Assembly: GCF_009914755.1 (NCBI RefSeq)
Contig: NC_060942.1
Direction: 5' to 3' (one strand)
Length of the DNA: 64,000 nucleotides
From: the human T2T-CHM13v2.0 reference genome, Homo sapiens
Under the pieces are notes generated by a model. The model was not told where the DNA came from. It saw only the letters and a program-made list of their open reading frames with translations, and searched no databases. A program made the translations under genes and the position numbers. Below, one piece after another: positions 1-13,650 of the stretch (its first letter is position 1; each line of letters opens with the position of its first letter).

Positions 1-3000
1 TTGACATGATTTGAGATGATTTTATGTAACATCATCTAAAAAGTTAAGATTAGAGTGGATTAAAATAAACAGAACTGGGAATACTTTATTCACTCAGTCA
101 CTCACTCAAGTTTGTCTAAATGGATGTCCAGATGATCAAAAAGACGGCATCTGTCCGTGTAGTCTAAAGTCACACAGACATTCGTATTTTCTGAAGATCA
201 AGAATTACAAATCCATACGCTGTACAAATTCCATAGAGGTTAAACCTCACCTCGTAAATAGGTGTTGACTTTTAAAACTGACAATCAGACATTCCAGCTG
301 CATGCTGATAAAACTGTCATTCCTCCCTAGTTTTTGTTAGAATCCAGTGAATACTAAAAAAAAGTTAAAATCCTGCCTTCATGAGTTACTGAGTGAGACA
401 ATCCAAGTGGGAGGTGCGGCCTCCACAGCCCACACCCCAGCTGGTCCACCTGCAGGCTGCCTCTGCCAGGCCCAGGCTGTGTGTCCATGGGGCAAACCGC
501 TCACCTGGAGTCCCTGAGGAAGGGAGCACACAGGCGGCCCCCTTCAGAGCCTGGATGTCCTGGGAGAGACACGGCATTTCTGGGAGTGATTACCTTGTGC
601 AGGAAGGGACAGCCCACTGGGGACAGCCCTAAGTGGGGAACTGCCTGACCTGCAGTTGCCCAAACGCCATGGAATCAACCAGACCCAGGAGCCTCACAGC
701 CCCTCTCTTCCTTTAAAGCTCCCTACATACCTCCTCCAACCCATATCACACCCACCCTGCCTAGCACAGGCCACAGAAATAGCTGTCCCCAGGCCACGGA
801 CATGAGGCAGAGCAGGTGGAGACAGGAGAGAACAGAAGCCAGGGGGCATCTGCGGAGGAAATGGTGGGGATACAAAGGAAAACCTCCCAGGTCTGCAGCG
901 GGAGCGGCAGAGCATCGGCTTTTCTGCTGACAGTTGCAGATGCATCTCTGGACCAGGAGTGCAAAGCTCTGAGTTCTGGTCCCCGCTCTGTCACCAAGCT
1001 CCAAGGTGATCTCTGGCTAATCACTCCCTTCTCAGTGAAATAATGGGACAGGGCCAGATAACCTGCAAACTGGTGCCTCCCGCCCTTACCCAGCTCCCCT
1101 GGGAGGGGGCTCCTTCCCGGGGTTCCTCCAAATGTGACCTGTGCGGCAGGCCTGTGCTTATGCTCAGAGCTACACCGTCACATTGCACAGGGAAACCTCG
1201 ATTCTGGGTGTCGTTAGGACACAACGAAGGCCTAAGCATGCCCGAGCCCCTGGTGACTCCACTAGGCGGGCACAGGAGTGTCTCAGAGATGTTTCCCTCC
1301 TGAGCACCGGCCCTCTTCCCGTTCCCTGCTAATCTCTGTGTTCTCACTGGGCTGAGCACCTTTGTTCTTGGCATGGGAATTTCCATGTGTTGAATATGCT
1401 TAAAACATTTTTTGAGAGGTTGCCTTTCTAAATATTTTGGTTCTTAACTCGAGAGTTTTGCTGCTTTTCAGAGTTGGTTTCCTTTTTATGTGCTAAACTC
1501 TTGCTGGGAGAGATCAGAGTAACCACCTGTGCCGGTGGAATTTCAAGTCTACCACAGAGGATAAAAGCCACAATAGTGGCTGGAAAGAAATGAGAGTGAG
1601 AAGTCCTGTCTGCACCCCTTCCCTGCTCTGTTTTTCTGCACAGAGGGCAAATGTGAAAGTGGAAACCATAATATTGCCCCGCAGAATGAAAACATCTGGG
1701 GTTTGGCTCCTTTTTCCTGTCTTTGGACAACATTTATTATCATCTTGAGATTTAACACACCTATTTTTGCCAAGCAAATGGTGTTATGATGGTGAGTGAG
1801 ATGACAAGTGCAGCCGCAGAACCCTCACCGGCTGTCTCCCTTCCTGAGCGTCTCTGAACTGACTGGCCCTTGGTGAAACTTCAGCCAACTAGGGCTTCAT
1901 TCCTTTCTCTGTCAGCCTTGCGAGTCTTGGACATGCTTTTCTCACTGAGTTGTCAGCGTCTCTGGGTTTTCTCATTGTGCACTGTGCACAGTGCCGGGCA
2001 CAGAGTGTCTTCCTACCATCCTTCTTGCTAGGGTCCTCTGCCATTTGTGGAAGCCCCCTCTATACCTCACACTGTCTTCTCACAGGGCAGCCTATGCTGC
2101 CTTCCTGACTGTGTCCTGTGATGGCGTGCAGGACTGCAAGGTCACTTTGCAGAGCGTCTGTTTTCTTATTTATAAAATGGGAATCATATCTATCTTCTCT
2201 TTCTCCTGAGGTGGAGGTGAAGGTCAAGCACAGAGCCCTCCTGGCATATCCAGTGCTCTCTCCGTTATGAGGAGGGGTAAGGAGTGAGGATGGTGTTTCC
2301 GGGAAAGCAGAGGTGAGGCCCGCTGGACTCCAGGCAGCTCTCTGCTCTCCTTGCCTTTTGCCTCAGGTAAAAAAAATAAATAAATAAGTGCAATGGCCCA
2401 GAACACAGTCACCCTCCTCATTCCCCCTTGGCTAGGATGGAAGGCATTGCTAACAGCGGGTAGTGGTGACTGGAGAGGACTTGCAGTGTCCCATTTGCAG
2501 GAGCCATGGGGACGGTGATTTCTGTGGAGTGGGAGGGGTGAGAGGCATGGGTGGGCCTTGCTTTCTGCAAGATTCGATTCGTCCGATCCGCCTACCTTGC
2601 CAGCTCCCCGCCTCTCACAGCGAGCCTCCGGAGATTGGGAAGCGGCGTTTCCTCACCTGCCAGTGCTCCTGTACTCCAGCTCCGCAGACCCCACTCCAGC
2701 CTCGCGCCTTGCATCACACACATCAGAGCAGCATCTCTCAGGCCAAGCCCTTCCACATTTCTGCTGCGCTCCTGGCATGTGGCTAACCCCGCATGGCTTC
2801 CTACATTTAGTCATGGATACCGGAGATGGGAAGGGCTTTAAATGCCAGTTGGTCAAGGCTCATTTCACATATGAGGGAAATGAGATCCAGAGAAGCTGAA
2901 CAACTTACCTGAGATCACACAGTTTGCACTGTAGAATTGGATAAGAACCCCGCTCTTCAGCTCTCAGCCAGCATCCTCGTGCTGTGTGAAGTGATGGGTA

Positions 3001-3259
3001 TATTGGCCATAGCTCGGGATGTGCTACACCTGGTGCATGTGCTTATCCTTTTATAAGCTGTGCTCTGTGAGCATTGCTGTAGGAGGCAGGGTGGAGACAT
3101 GGGAGAGGGCAGTGCTCAGAGGTTCTGAGTTCTAGTCCTGCTGGCACCAACTGGCTGTGATCCTGGGCAAGGCCCACTGCCTCTTTGGGGCCTGTTTTTC
3201 TTGTTTTAAAGTAAAAAGTTTGGACTGCAAGGCCTCTTTCAGTTTTAAAAGTCTGAATC

Positions 3260-3988
<729 letters not shown>

Positions 3989-4526
3989 TTACCAGCCACA
4001 GCCCTCCCCTGGAGGGATCTGCAGTGTAAACGGATCATGTGAGTGCTGACCTTTGCAAAGGTCCAAATGTGGTCAATTCAGTTATTCATACCAGGCAAGG
4101 AAGCTGCCTTATGAATAATTCAAAGTTGTTGCAAATCCACAAACCTTTTTCACATTGCCTGCTTGCAGTAGGCTCTCCATAAATGTTTACTGAATCACTG
4201 AATAAATTAACATATGAATGAATATTTTGCAATAAGCTTTTGGTATTTACATTTGCACATCCATCTGTTGATGCTCTGAGGATCAGCAGCAGTCCTCACA
4301 AAAGGGCTCAGGCATGCTCCCAAAACAGGCCAGAAAAGCCAAGTGGGCCATGGTTCTCTCTTGCTCTGCAAGGGTGGCGGGGAATAGAAAAAAATGTTCC
4401 CATGGCTGATACAGCCTCTAGCTAGAAGCTGTGAGATTCCTGACACACGCCATGCCAGATTTGTGTGGCTTAACACTTTTATTCTGCTTTTATAACCCTC
4501 TCCTCTAGCTTTGGTTAAAACTACTA

Positions 4527-5126
4527 TGTGGTCAGCAGAATGGCCCCCCAAAGATGTTTGGGCCCTCACCCCTGGAAACTGTGACTATGTTACATCATGT
4601 GGGAAGAGGACTTTGCAGATATGATTAAAGTTATGGACCTTACAATAGAGAATTATCTTGAATTATCTGGGCAGGCCCAACCAAATCACATGTGTCCTCA
4701 AAAGCGAAGAACTCTCTTCACGGGAGTCCGAGAGATGGGGCTGAAGGAGAAGTGGGAGGGATGGAAAGGTGAGAATGCTCCATGGGCTGTTAGGGGCTTG
4801 CAGAGGGTGGGGCAGTGAGTCCAGGAATGCAGGTGGCCCCAAGGAGCTGAAAGGGCCCTGGAACCAGTGGAGAAATGGGGACTTCCATCCTGTAACTATA
4901 AGGATGTAAATTCTCCCAACAATATAAGTAAGCTTGGAAATAGAATCCTCCCTGGAGCCTCCAGAAAGGGACACAGCCCTGCCAGCACCTTGATTTTGGC
5001 CTGGTGGGACCCTAAGCAAAGAACCTACTGAGCCACCCCGTGGCTGGACTTCTGACCCACAGAAACTGTGACGAATATATGGGTGATGTTTTAATTTACC
5101 AACTTTTATAGCAGCATGCTAAGACA
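4527..5126 (+). mobile_element. MaLR solo LTR (MLT1D/E/F-like)
   Basis: TGTGGTCAGCAGAATGGCCCCCCAAAGATG start, GACTTTGCAGATATGATTAA, CAGCACCTTGATTTTGGCC, ends ...CTAAGACA. Confidence 0.85.
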
Positions 5127-5279
5127 GCAAACAAATATCACTGTGGCTTTGGACACGTGGCTTCAGCTCTTGGGACCCTGTTTCTTCCCCCTGAGTTTGA
5201 AGGGTTGGGCCACACGATCTCTGACACCTCTCCCAGCTCTCAGGTTCTAGGATTTGCTATCAATGAATACCAACAGTTT

Positions 5280-5480
5280 TTGGAATCAGGCTTTGGAGTC
5301 AACCAGGCTGGGTTCAGATTGCCACTTTACAACTTGAAGCTGTGCTGCCTTTCTGTGTTTTTCTTCCTAATCTGTACACAGGGATAATAACACTGCCTTA
5401 CAAGGTCTTAACGATTAAATGGGATCATGTATGAAAAGAAACCTGGCTCATAGTGTGTACTTGATAAATATCACTTCCTT
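5280..5480 (+). mobile_element. MIR SINE fragment
   Basis: GGCTTTGGAGTC...CTGGGTTCAGATTGCCACTT...TTCCTAATCTGTACACAGGGATAATAA core. Confidence 0.7.
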
Positions 5481-5749
5481 TCTCTATCTCATTTTTATAG
5501 TCCTGCCATTGCAAGCTGGGTTGCCCCCCACAAAACGCAAGGAGGCATCTCAGCAAGTTTCAAGATTTCCATCCTCCTATAGCTGGGACTTTTGGCTAAA
5601 GCTCTAGGAACAAGGACATGACTCGGGACTGGCTAGAGTTACAAAGAAGCTGAGAAGTGCACAGAACTGTAAGAAGCAGGCACTTTTGGGATTTGCTGTC
5701 AATCTCAAACCCCAGCAGCCCAGCCTGGGGTCCCTGTCAGGTTGCTCAC

Positions 5750-6061
5750 TAGTGGGGAAGACCTCAGGTCCAGGCGACTGTCATCCAGGAGCAGGAGCTG
5801 GTTCTTTTTTTTTGGACTCCTAGGTGTTAGGCTGGCTCAGTTCTGCAGCTTCTGGGCATCAAGTAGGAGGTTGGTGTCACTTATTGTGACATGTGATGTA
5901 GTTCTAGACTTTTCCAGGCTTTCCAGTGTGTCTGTTTCATGGGATTTGCCATCTACAGTTCAGAAAGCTGACTGATCCAAAGAGAAGGATTTTGCAGTGG
6001 GCTCTTCAGTTTTCCGAAGCTCAGGTTTAGCTTCTTTCATCATTCTTTGCGACGGACCCTG
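5750..6061 (-). pseudogene. Candidate decayed coding exon (104 codons, two TGA stops)
   Basis: Branch point/acceptor gacctaacatctcattttcaccacag|CAG and donor CTA|gtgagc. 312 nt, translating QGPSQRMMKEAKPELRKTEEPTAKSFSLDQSAF*TVDGKSHETDTLESLEKSRTTSHVTISDTNLLLDAQKLQN*ASLTPRSPKKK... Confidence 0.55.
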
Positions 6062-6579
6062 CTGTGGTGAAAATGAGATGTTAGGTCACTTATTTCTTCA
6101 AGGACGACAGGTGCCTGACCACAGGTGTGGATAACACCTGATGTCCCCGCGGGCCCATTGCCACTGCTCTCAGCCTTCTGCTGGACTCACAGAGTTTATG
6201 ATGTTGCCAACAGGCACGTCTTCCCCTGGCTCCTCTTGGAAACAACTAGGACCTTCAACAGGAACCTGGCTAATAAAGAAACCACATTATTTCTTCATGC
6301 CCTGGGACAGCTCTGACTCATGATCAATAAACCACACTGTCCTGTGTTTGGAAATGGTAGCAGAAAAAACTTCATTTAAATGTAAGTTAGGGAAATATCC
6401 AGTCCTATTTTAGTAAAGTCCTGACCCCTAAAATGGCAGCTATATATACATTAGGATAATCTGGGTGAAATTTTAGCCTGGAAAATCTGAGCAACTTTCC
6501 CTTAATTGCGTCAGTTCCCTTTTCACTGGGCCCACAGGGATTTAAACACAAGAACAATCTCAGAGGACAGCTGAATTGA

Positions 6580-6910
6580 GATAAAACACAGGGTTAGCAG
6601 GTACTTTGGCCGACTCAGAGCCTAGGTTCAAATTCTGGCTCTGCACCTTACTAGCTATGTGACATTTGGCAAGTTACTTCACCTTTTTGGGACTCAGTTT
6701 CCTTGTCTGCAGGGGTTGCTATGAAGATTAAGGGAATTTAAGTGGGAAATATATAAAGCATTCAGAACTTTGCTTGGCACCAGGCAAGTGCATGGTATTA
6801 GGTTGGTGCAAAACTAATAGCTGTTTTTGCCATTACTTTCAATGGCAAAAAACCGTGATTACTTTCACATCAACCTAATATAAATATTAGCTATCATTGT
6901 GGAATCTTAT
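6580..6910 (+). mobile_element. MIR SINE, interrupted by MADE1
   Basis: CCTAGGTTCAAATTCTGGCTCTGCACCTTACTAGCTATGTGACATTTGGCAAGTTACTT core. Confidence 0.8.
6798..6878. mobile_element. MADE1 mariner-derived MITE
   Basis: ~80-bp palindromic element TTAGGTTGGTGCAAAA...CATCAACCTAA with TA duplication on both sides. Confidence 0.92.
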
Positions 6911-6981
6911 TACTGTCTTCATATGACCAGACATCACTGATCCCCTGAGCCAATCCTCTCCATGAGAATGAACCAGTCTGA

Positions 6982-7463
<482 letters not shown>

Positions 7464-7653
7464 TCATGTATCAAAATTGCTATTTCGGATGGACAAACTG
7501 TTTTTTCTAACACATCTCTAGGACTCAGCTTAAAAAAAATTATGTCAATAGCTTTATTGGCTCCAGATCAGCAAAAGAAAAAAGGGGGCAGAAAGCTCTG
7601 CCTTTCAACAGAGCAATCAAAAATGCTGAACCTGTCTTCCCCTGAAGACTTAT

Positions 7654-8028
7654 TTATGGCTTTCTTTTCAGAATTCTTTCCTTTGGTGGTTAGACATGCA
7701 CAGAGTCTTTGAAGTGGGCGAGACATGTTTTCTGCATGTGTGAGCAGCTGTTTCCCTGCAGGGCTGGTTTGGAAGCAGGTTTTTCTTATGACTTCTAGTC
7801 ATCCACTGAAAGGTCTGTCATGGGATTTTGCACGGGACTTGGTCATGGTGGACAAATAAGAGGATTGTAGAGGTGACTCTTCATCCCCACTGTGAAGTGA
7901 TGGTCTTCAAATGCTCCTCTCAGGCGACACCTTTTGAGGCTCTGGAATGCCCCCCAGAGGGTATGATTCCACCATTCCTCCTGTGTGCTCCCACCTTGCT
8001 CCTGTATCAGAAGCTGCATCAATATCAG
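7654..8028 (-). pseudogene. Candidate decayed coding exon upstream of 5750-6061
   Basis: Acceptor ctttgctttcgatttatcatgtgcatag. Reads DIDAASDTGARWEHTGGMVESYPLGGIPEPQKVSPERSI*RPSLHSGDEESPLQSSYLSTMTKSRAKSH... and ends at ATAAGT, a possible G>A-mutated GTAAGT donor. Confidence 0.35.
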
Positions 8029-8639
8029 CTATGCACATGATAAATCGAAAGCAAAGCTGCAGTGCAAACATCACTGGGGTGGCTTTCCTGTCACGCCCAG
8101 GATCCCAGCGCCAGCATCCAAGCCTGACTGGGTGATGTGTCCATCCCATCGTAACTGCACAATGATCGTTCCAGTCTCTGCTTTTCTTCTAAAAGCAAAA
8201 CCTACCCTTCCACGGTTACGTGTTCATTAAATGAGACAACACAGAAAGTAAGGATAGGCAATGCACAGAAAGCACTCAGTAAACTCTCTTGTTATCACTG
8301 TCATGATCGCATGTTGGTCTAAGCAGGGCTTTCAGACAAATAAAGGCCCGAAAGACTGCGTCAGTCATTCACCCATATTTCAATCTCTGTCTCACTCTCC
8401 TGTCTTAGAAAAGAATAAACCTCCTGTGGTTCTGGGTCCCCTGTGGCTACCTTACTATCTCTTTCCTTACAAAGTCAGTATCCAGGAGATTTACGTCGTT
8501 GACATTTCCTCTACTTCCCCTCAACCTGTAACCCCCCCACTGTCAGGCTGTGCCCCCATCAGCGCTCTAGACCCTGGCTTCCTGCCATGGTCAAGCCCAG
8601 AGGCCTCGTTTGAGGCTTTGGATCTGCCGGGTTCAGTAG

Positions 8640-9110
8640 GGTGTCCAGCTGTGCAGAAGGCTACAGAACATTCCAAATGTGGCCGCTGGGCACCAAGGAA
8701 CGGAATTTTTAATTATTTTACATTTAAAAGCAGATACTTTATTCAGTTATTGAAAAACCTTTAAGTACAATTGGAACCACTTGCATCTGTGAATGTAGTT
8801 TTTCAACTGTAAATTGTATAAACTGTAAATACAGATCAAGCATTTCTGATGAAAATCTGGTGTCTGAATTGAGATGTGCTATAAGTGTCAAATGTGATAC
8901 CAGGTTTCCAAGATTTGGTTCCAAAAAAAGAATGTAAAATATCTCGATTTTTTATATCTTCATTACATTTTGAAATCACAGCATTTTGGCCGTATTGGGT
9001 TGAACAAAATATATTATTAAAATGGATTTCATGTTTTGGTTTTCTTTTTAGGGTTGCTGCTTTCAAGCAACGTTGGTGGCTTGCATTTTATTTCTATCGT
9101 TCTGTGCTGC
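8640..9110 (+). mobile_element. hAT-Charlie DNA transposon fragment (Charlie1/MER33-like)
   Basis: TGAATTGAGATGTGCTATAAGTG...CCAAAAAAAGAATGTAAAATATCTC and TGAAAATCTGGTGTCTGAATT segments typical of Charlie1 derivatives. Confidence 0.75.
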
Positions 9111-9617
9111 AGTGGGCATTTGCTCCTGGAAATTCTTTGGCTTCTGAGCTCCAGGCTCTCCTGCCGCCTCTCCCACCCCAGGCCTTTCTGCTTTCCCTCT
9201 GTATACTGGTGGCCTCACAGCCGCTCCTCAGGGCTGTGCTTCCAAGAGTCCTGTCCTTGCACTTTTTCTCTGTCATATGGTACATCTTGCTGTGAGACTC
9301 CCCTGTTGCTTTTTGCTTGTGCACCAACTTCTAACGTCTGCCTGAACCTTTCTGCAGACAGTTGCAGCACAATCCTCTCTGACACCAAACTCAACACGCT
9401 CCAGGTCATTCCATCCCCTTCCTGCAGAATCCTCATCCTCTTTCTGATTGCTGTCCCTCTGAACTGTGTCCAAATCATTCCTGCTAGAAACTGGGGGCAG
9501 CCTAGAGTCCTCCCTTACTCTCATGTCCAGCATCTCAACAGATACGGATCCCACAGCTTCTCTCCAGTAAATACAATTCAATCAGCACCCCTCTGGTCTG
9601 CACCAGGCATGAGCCAC

Positions 9618-9870
9618 GTCCCCATGACCCCCTGTCCTCATGGCCTCCTGTCCCCATGACCTCCTTTCCTCATGACCTCCTGTCCCCATGGCCTCCTTTC
9701 CCCATGACTTCCTGTCCCCATGGCCCCTGGTCACTATGGCCTCCTGTCCCCATGGCCGCTGGTCACCATGGCGTCCTGTCCCCATGGCTGCCCTGTCCCC
9801 AAGGCCCCCCTGTTCCCATGGCCTTTTGTTTCTATGGCCTCCCTGTCCCCTAATCCCCTGTCCCCACCCT
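9618..9870. repeat. Minisatellite, ~16-nt unit CCCCATGGCCTCCTGT
   Basis: About 15 degenerate tandem copies of (T)CCCCATG(G/A)CCTCCTGT. Confidence 0.9.
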
Positions 9871-10559
9871 CTCTCCTTGTCAGCCAGTCTCTAGGTCTAG
9901 GCAGAGGAAGGTTTGCAACCTGACAGGCTCACCTGCTTAATTTTCTTCAGTGGTGTGCATTTATTAGGAAGATTGCTAAATGCTTCTTGATATGTTAGGC
10001 ATCCTGCTTGAAACCTGAAGAGGGAGACACTAGGGCACAGAAGCATAAGGTACAGTCCTCATTTTCTTCCTGTTCCTCAGGACAGTACAAAGGCCCTTTG
10101 TCCACTTCTCCATCTCACATTCCCTTTCAGTCCACTCCAAGCTCCCTCTGTGCCAACAGGTGTCCCTGGCAGTGAGCTGCTCCATGCTGTGACCCAGCCT
10201 CCCATCCTGCCCACCGGTCACCTCCACCTCACTCCTCCCTGGCATCTATACAGATCCTCCACCCATGTAGGGCGGCACCCTCTCTCTTCTGTGCCCCTCT
10301 GAACCACGTGGCGCCTCTGTCACATTACCTGGTAACTGACTGTCCCTGGGTCTTACCAGCCTGGCCTCAAACCACATTGTATTAAGATTAATGTTCAAAT
10401 CATGGCCAGACTGCATGGTCTCAACTGGGGACTCAGCTGCCCCGGCATCCCTGTTGGCTTTCTGAGAGGTTGGCTCTCTGAGAGGCTGGCTCCAGAGCTG
10501 GGGCTCAGGTCCATGTTCCTCTCCCCGGACCCCTGAGATGCCTCACCCTGGCCTCTGCC

Positions 10560-10770
10560 AGGAGGAGTGTGGCCTAGGAGTGTTGGGGGCATTAAGGGGT
10601 TCATTGTTTGCAAAGAATTAAAAACACAATGATAAAAACTAAAACCAACTCGAGGTTCGTCTGCTTTCTAGTATCACCCTCCTCTGGCAACTCTAAACAA
10701 TGGCAGAGAGAGAGAGCACTGCTCCCCACCCCCAGGGTGGCCTCTCCCACTGCAGCCCCTGCCCCCTCAA
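10560..10770 (+). mobile_element. hAT-Tip100 (Arthur1-like) DNA transposon fragment
   Basis: AAGGGGTTCATTGTTTGCAAAGAATTAAAAACACAATGATAAAAACT...GGCAACTCTAAACAATG resembles the recalled consensus. Confidence 0.45.
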
Positions 10771-12206
10771 AGCATTTGTCCTAGCCACTTATCCCACCAT
10801 CTTATCATAATTGCTGGTCTACTTCTCTACCTCACCTACTAAACCATATTATTTTAAGGGTAGAGGCTAGATTTTTATATTTATTTTCTCAGGGCTTAGC
10901 ATAATCTACAATAAAGAACGTATTAAAAAACTTATTGAATTAATATATTAATAGATTTTCTCATTTATCAGAATATCATAAGCAGGAAATTCTTTGTCAA
11001 CTAATCGAGTGGTAAGAAGACAGTAGGAATTTATTTAAAATAATCTTGCATTATTCTAAGGTTACTAGAGTGCCAGCCAATGTTTTACACTTTTGTTTTA
11101 CGGTATAGGAAAGGGATTATTGCAAGCAGAATGTGAATTTGAAGTCCTTCAGGATTCTGATCAACAGCAAGAGCTTTAATGAATGCATTCATTAATATTT
11201 CTTACTTAGCATGTGCTAGGGCTTGGGCTATAGAGTAAAGTGGGAAAATGGACCTATGTATTTTATTGAGATTTCAGCATTGACAGTAGAATTATTCTGG
11301 TGAATACTGAACTTATAAGAAAGTCCAACTAAGCAGATGTGGAATTTTGCAGGCATTTCCCAGGATAAAGTGACATATTCCCCTCCCTCCTGGTGAAGCT
11401 TCAGCTCCATTAATCATGACCACTTGGACACTTCAATGAACTCATGGAAACAGTCACTGCCATACTCTGAGGAGGTCTATTGATTTCTAGGTGCCTTTGC
11501 AATTTGTGACAGAGATCAGACAGTTTTCAGCCATCTGCACAGATTCTATTCATCCCTCTGTGTGTGTGTGTCACATGCGTGCACAGAAGAAAGGCTTGCC
11601 AAGTTTATCAACCAGAGTCTTTAAAGATCACGTGAAAGTCTTGTTTTCTTTTCAAGGAGAAGCCTCTGGTGTCTGGTGCCTTTGATCTGGGCATGAGACG
11701 GCCTTGCCTTTGTGTACAGTGGAGGTGAGTGACCATCCAAATTACGCAGATGAACTTACTGAAATTGTGGAAGGTGTAGTAGTTAATTTGGTTTAATGAT
11801 TTACAGCCATGCTTTTGAATATTAAAAGGTCGTTTGCTTTGAAAGTCTGCCTACAGTTTCCTAGATCAGTGGAAGAGCATGAATCTCAGTTTGTCAATAT
11901 TGCAAGTGTGTTTTGGGGCAAGATTTGTTCACTGGGCAAGAAATAAGGATTATTTTAGTCATGTACACATATCTCTACGAACATTCATAAAAGTTGGTGT
12001 GAAATAGGATGCATAGAACATGTTAAAGAAGTCCTATTTGGCTTTAATGTGCAGACTTGGACCTTAACTCAACCCTGGTGTCCATCTTTCTTCCGTGGAG
12101 TTTTTCCTTCCAGGCTGAAGCTGTGATGTGAGCTTCAGGGGGCCTGAGCAAGGGCCCACAGTCAGAGTGCTGGCCCTCACTGTGGCAGATGGGGCGAATA
12201 CTTACA

Positions 12207-13650
12207 CAGTCAGGCGCGGCCTAGCCACAGCAGTGCCTTTGGAGATAAGCATCCATAGGCGATTTCATCATTGTGCGAACATCGCAGGGTGCACTGACAC
12301 AAACCTAGTGGGTGGAGCCCACTACACACCGAGGCTGTGTGGTGTGGCCCATTGCTCCTACGCTGGAAACCTGTGCAGCATGAGATGGTACTGAGTACTG
12401 CAGGCCATTGTAATACAGTGTTTGTGTGTCTACGTGTATCTAAACATAGAAAAGCTACCATAAAAATATGATATAAAACATAAAAAATAGCAGTGAGTGG
12501 TGAGTGAATGTGAAGGCCTACCACATGATGTACATCAGGGGTCCCCAACCCCAGGGTCAAGGACCAGTACCAGTCCGTGGTCTGTTAAGAACCGGGCTGC
12601 ACAGCAGGAGGTGAGTGGAGGGCAGGCATTACTGCCTGAGCCCCACCTCCTGTCAGATCAGCTGCAGCATTAGATTCTCATAGAAGCACAAACCCTATTG
12701 TGAACTGTGCATGCAAGGGAACCAGGCTGTGAGCTCCTTATGAAAATCTCATGCCTGATGATTTGAGTTGGAACAGTTTCGTCCTGAAATCATCCCCGCG
12801 CTGGTCTGTGGAAAAATGATCTTCCATGAAACCAGTCCCTGGTGCCAAAAATGTTGGGGACTGACCGCTGATGTACATGACTGTAGACTTTATATACACT
12901 GTATATAAAGTGTATATAAAGTATACTTGGGCTACACTAAATTTATTTTAAAACCTTTTTCTTCATTAATAAATTAAACTTAGCTTACCATAACTTTTTT
13001 ACTTTATAAACTTTAAATTTTTTTTAACTTTTTGACTCTTGCAATAATACTCAGCGTAAAACACAAACACATTGTACAGCTGTATAAAAATATTTATATA
13101 CTTATTCTATAAGCTCTTTTCTATTTTTAATTTTTTTTTGGCTTTTAAAAGTTTTTTGTTAAAAACGAAAGCACAAACCCACACATTAGCCTAGGCCTAC
13201 ACAGGGGCAGAATCATCAATATCACTGTCTCTACCGGAAGGTCTTCTGGGGCAATAACTTTCACGGAGCTGCCGTCTTCTAGAATAACAATGTCTTCTTC
13301 TGGATACTCCTTGAAGAACCTGCCTGAGCCTACTTTACAGCTACCTTTTTTTTCTTTTTTTGGTAAGTAGAAGGAGTACACTCTAACAATAAAAAGTATG
13401 GTAAATACACAAACTAGTAACATAGCCATTTACTATCATAATTAAGTATAATGTACTGTACATAATTGTACGTGCTAGGCTTTTATAGGGCCAGCAGTGC
13501 AGTAGGTTGGTGAGCAATGGACCATGATATCAGGACGGCAATGATGTTACTAGGCAAAAGGAATTTTCCAGCTCCATTATAATCTTATGGCACCACCATC
13601 ATCTGTGCAGTCTGTCATTGGCTGAAATGTCTTTATGCAGCACGTGACTG
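12207..13650 (-). mobile_element. Tigger3b (Golem) DNA transposon, interrupted by MER1B
   Basis: TIR-like ends CAGTCAGGCG... and ...CACGTGACTG|TA; colinear (reverse complement) with the copy at 27000-28283. Confidence 0.9.
12536..12870 (+). mobile_element. MER1B hAT-Charlie MITE
   Basis: CAGGGGTCCCCAACCCC...GTTGGGGACTGACCGCTG with perfect 8-bp TSD ATGTACAT (12528-12535 / 12871-12878). Confidence 0.93.

Noticed and set aside
4247-4365. Strong minus-strand acceptor as an extra pseudogene exon
   Set aside because: No frame gives a convincing peptide and the donor is weak
9582-9923. Repetitive ORFs; the array is superficially CRISPR-like
   Set aside because: Head-to-tail minisatellite without unique spacers, in a eukaryotic genome
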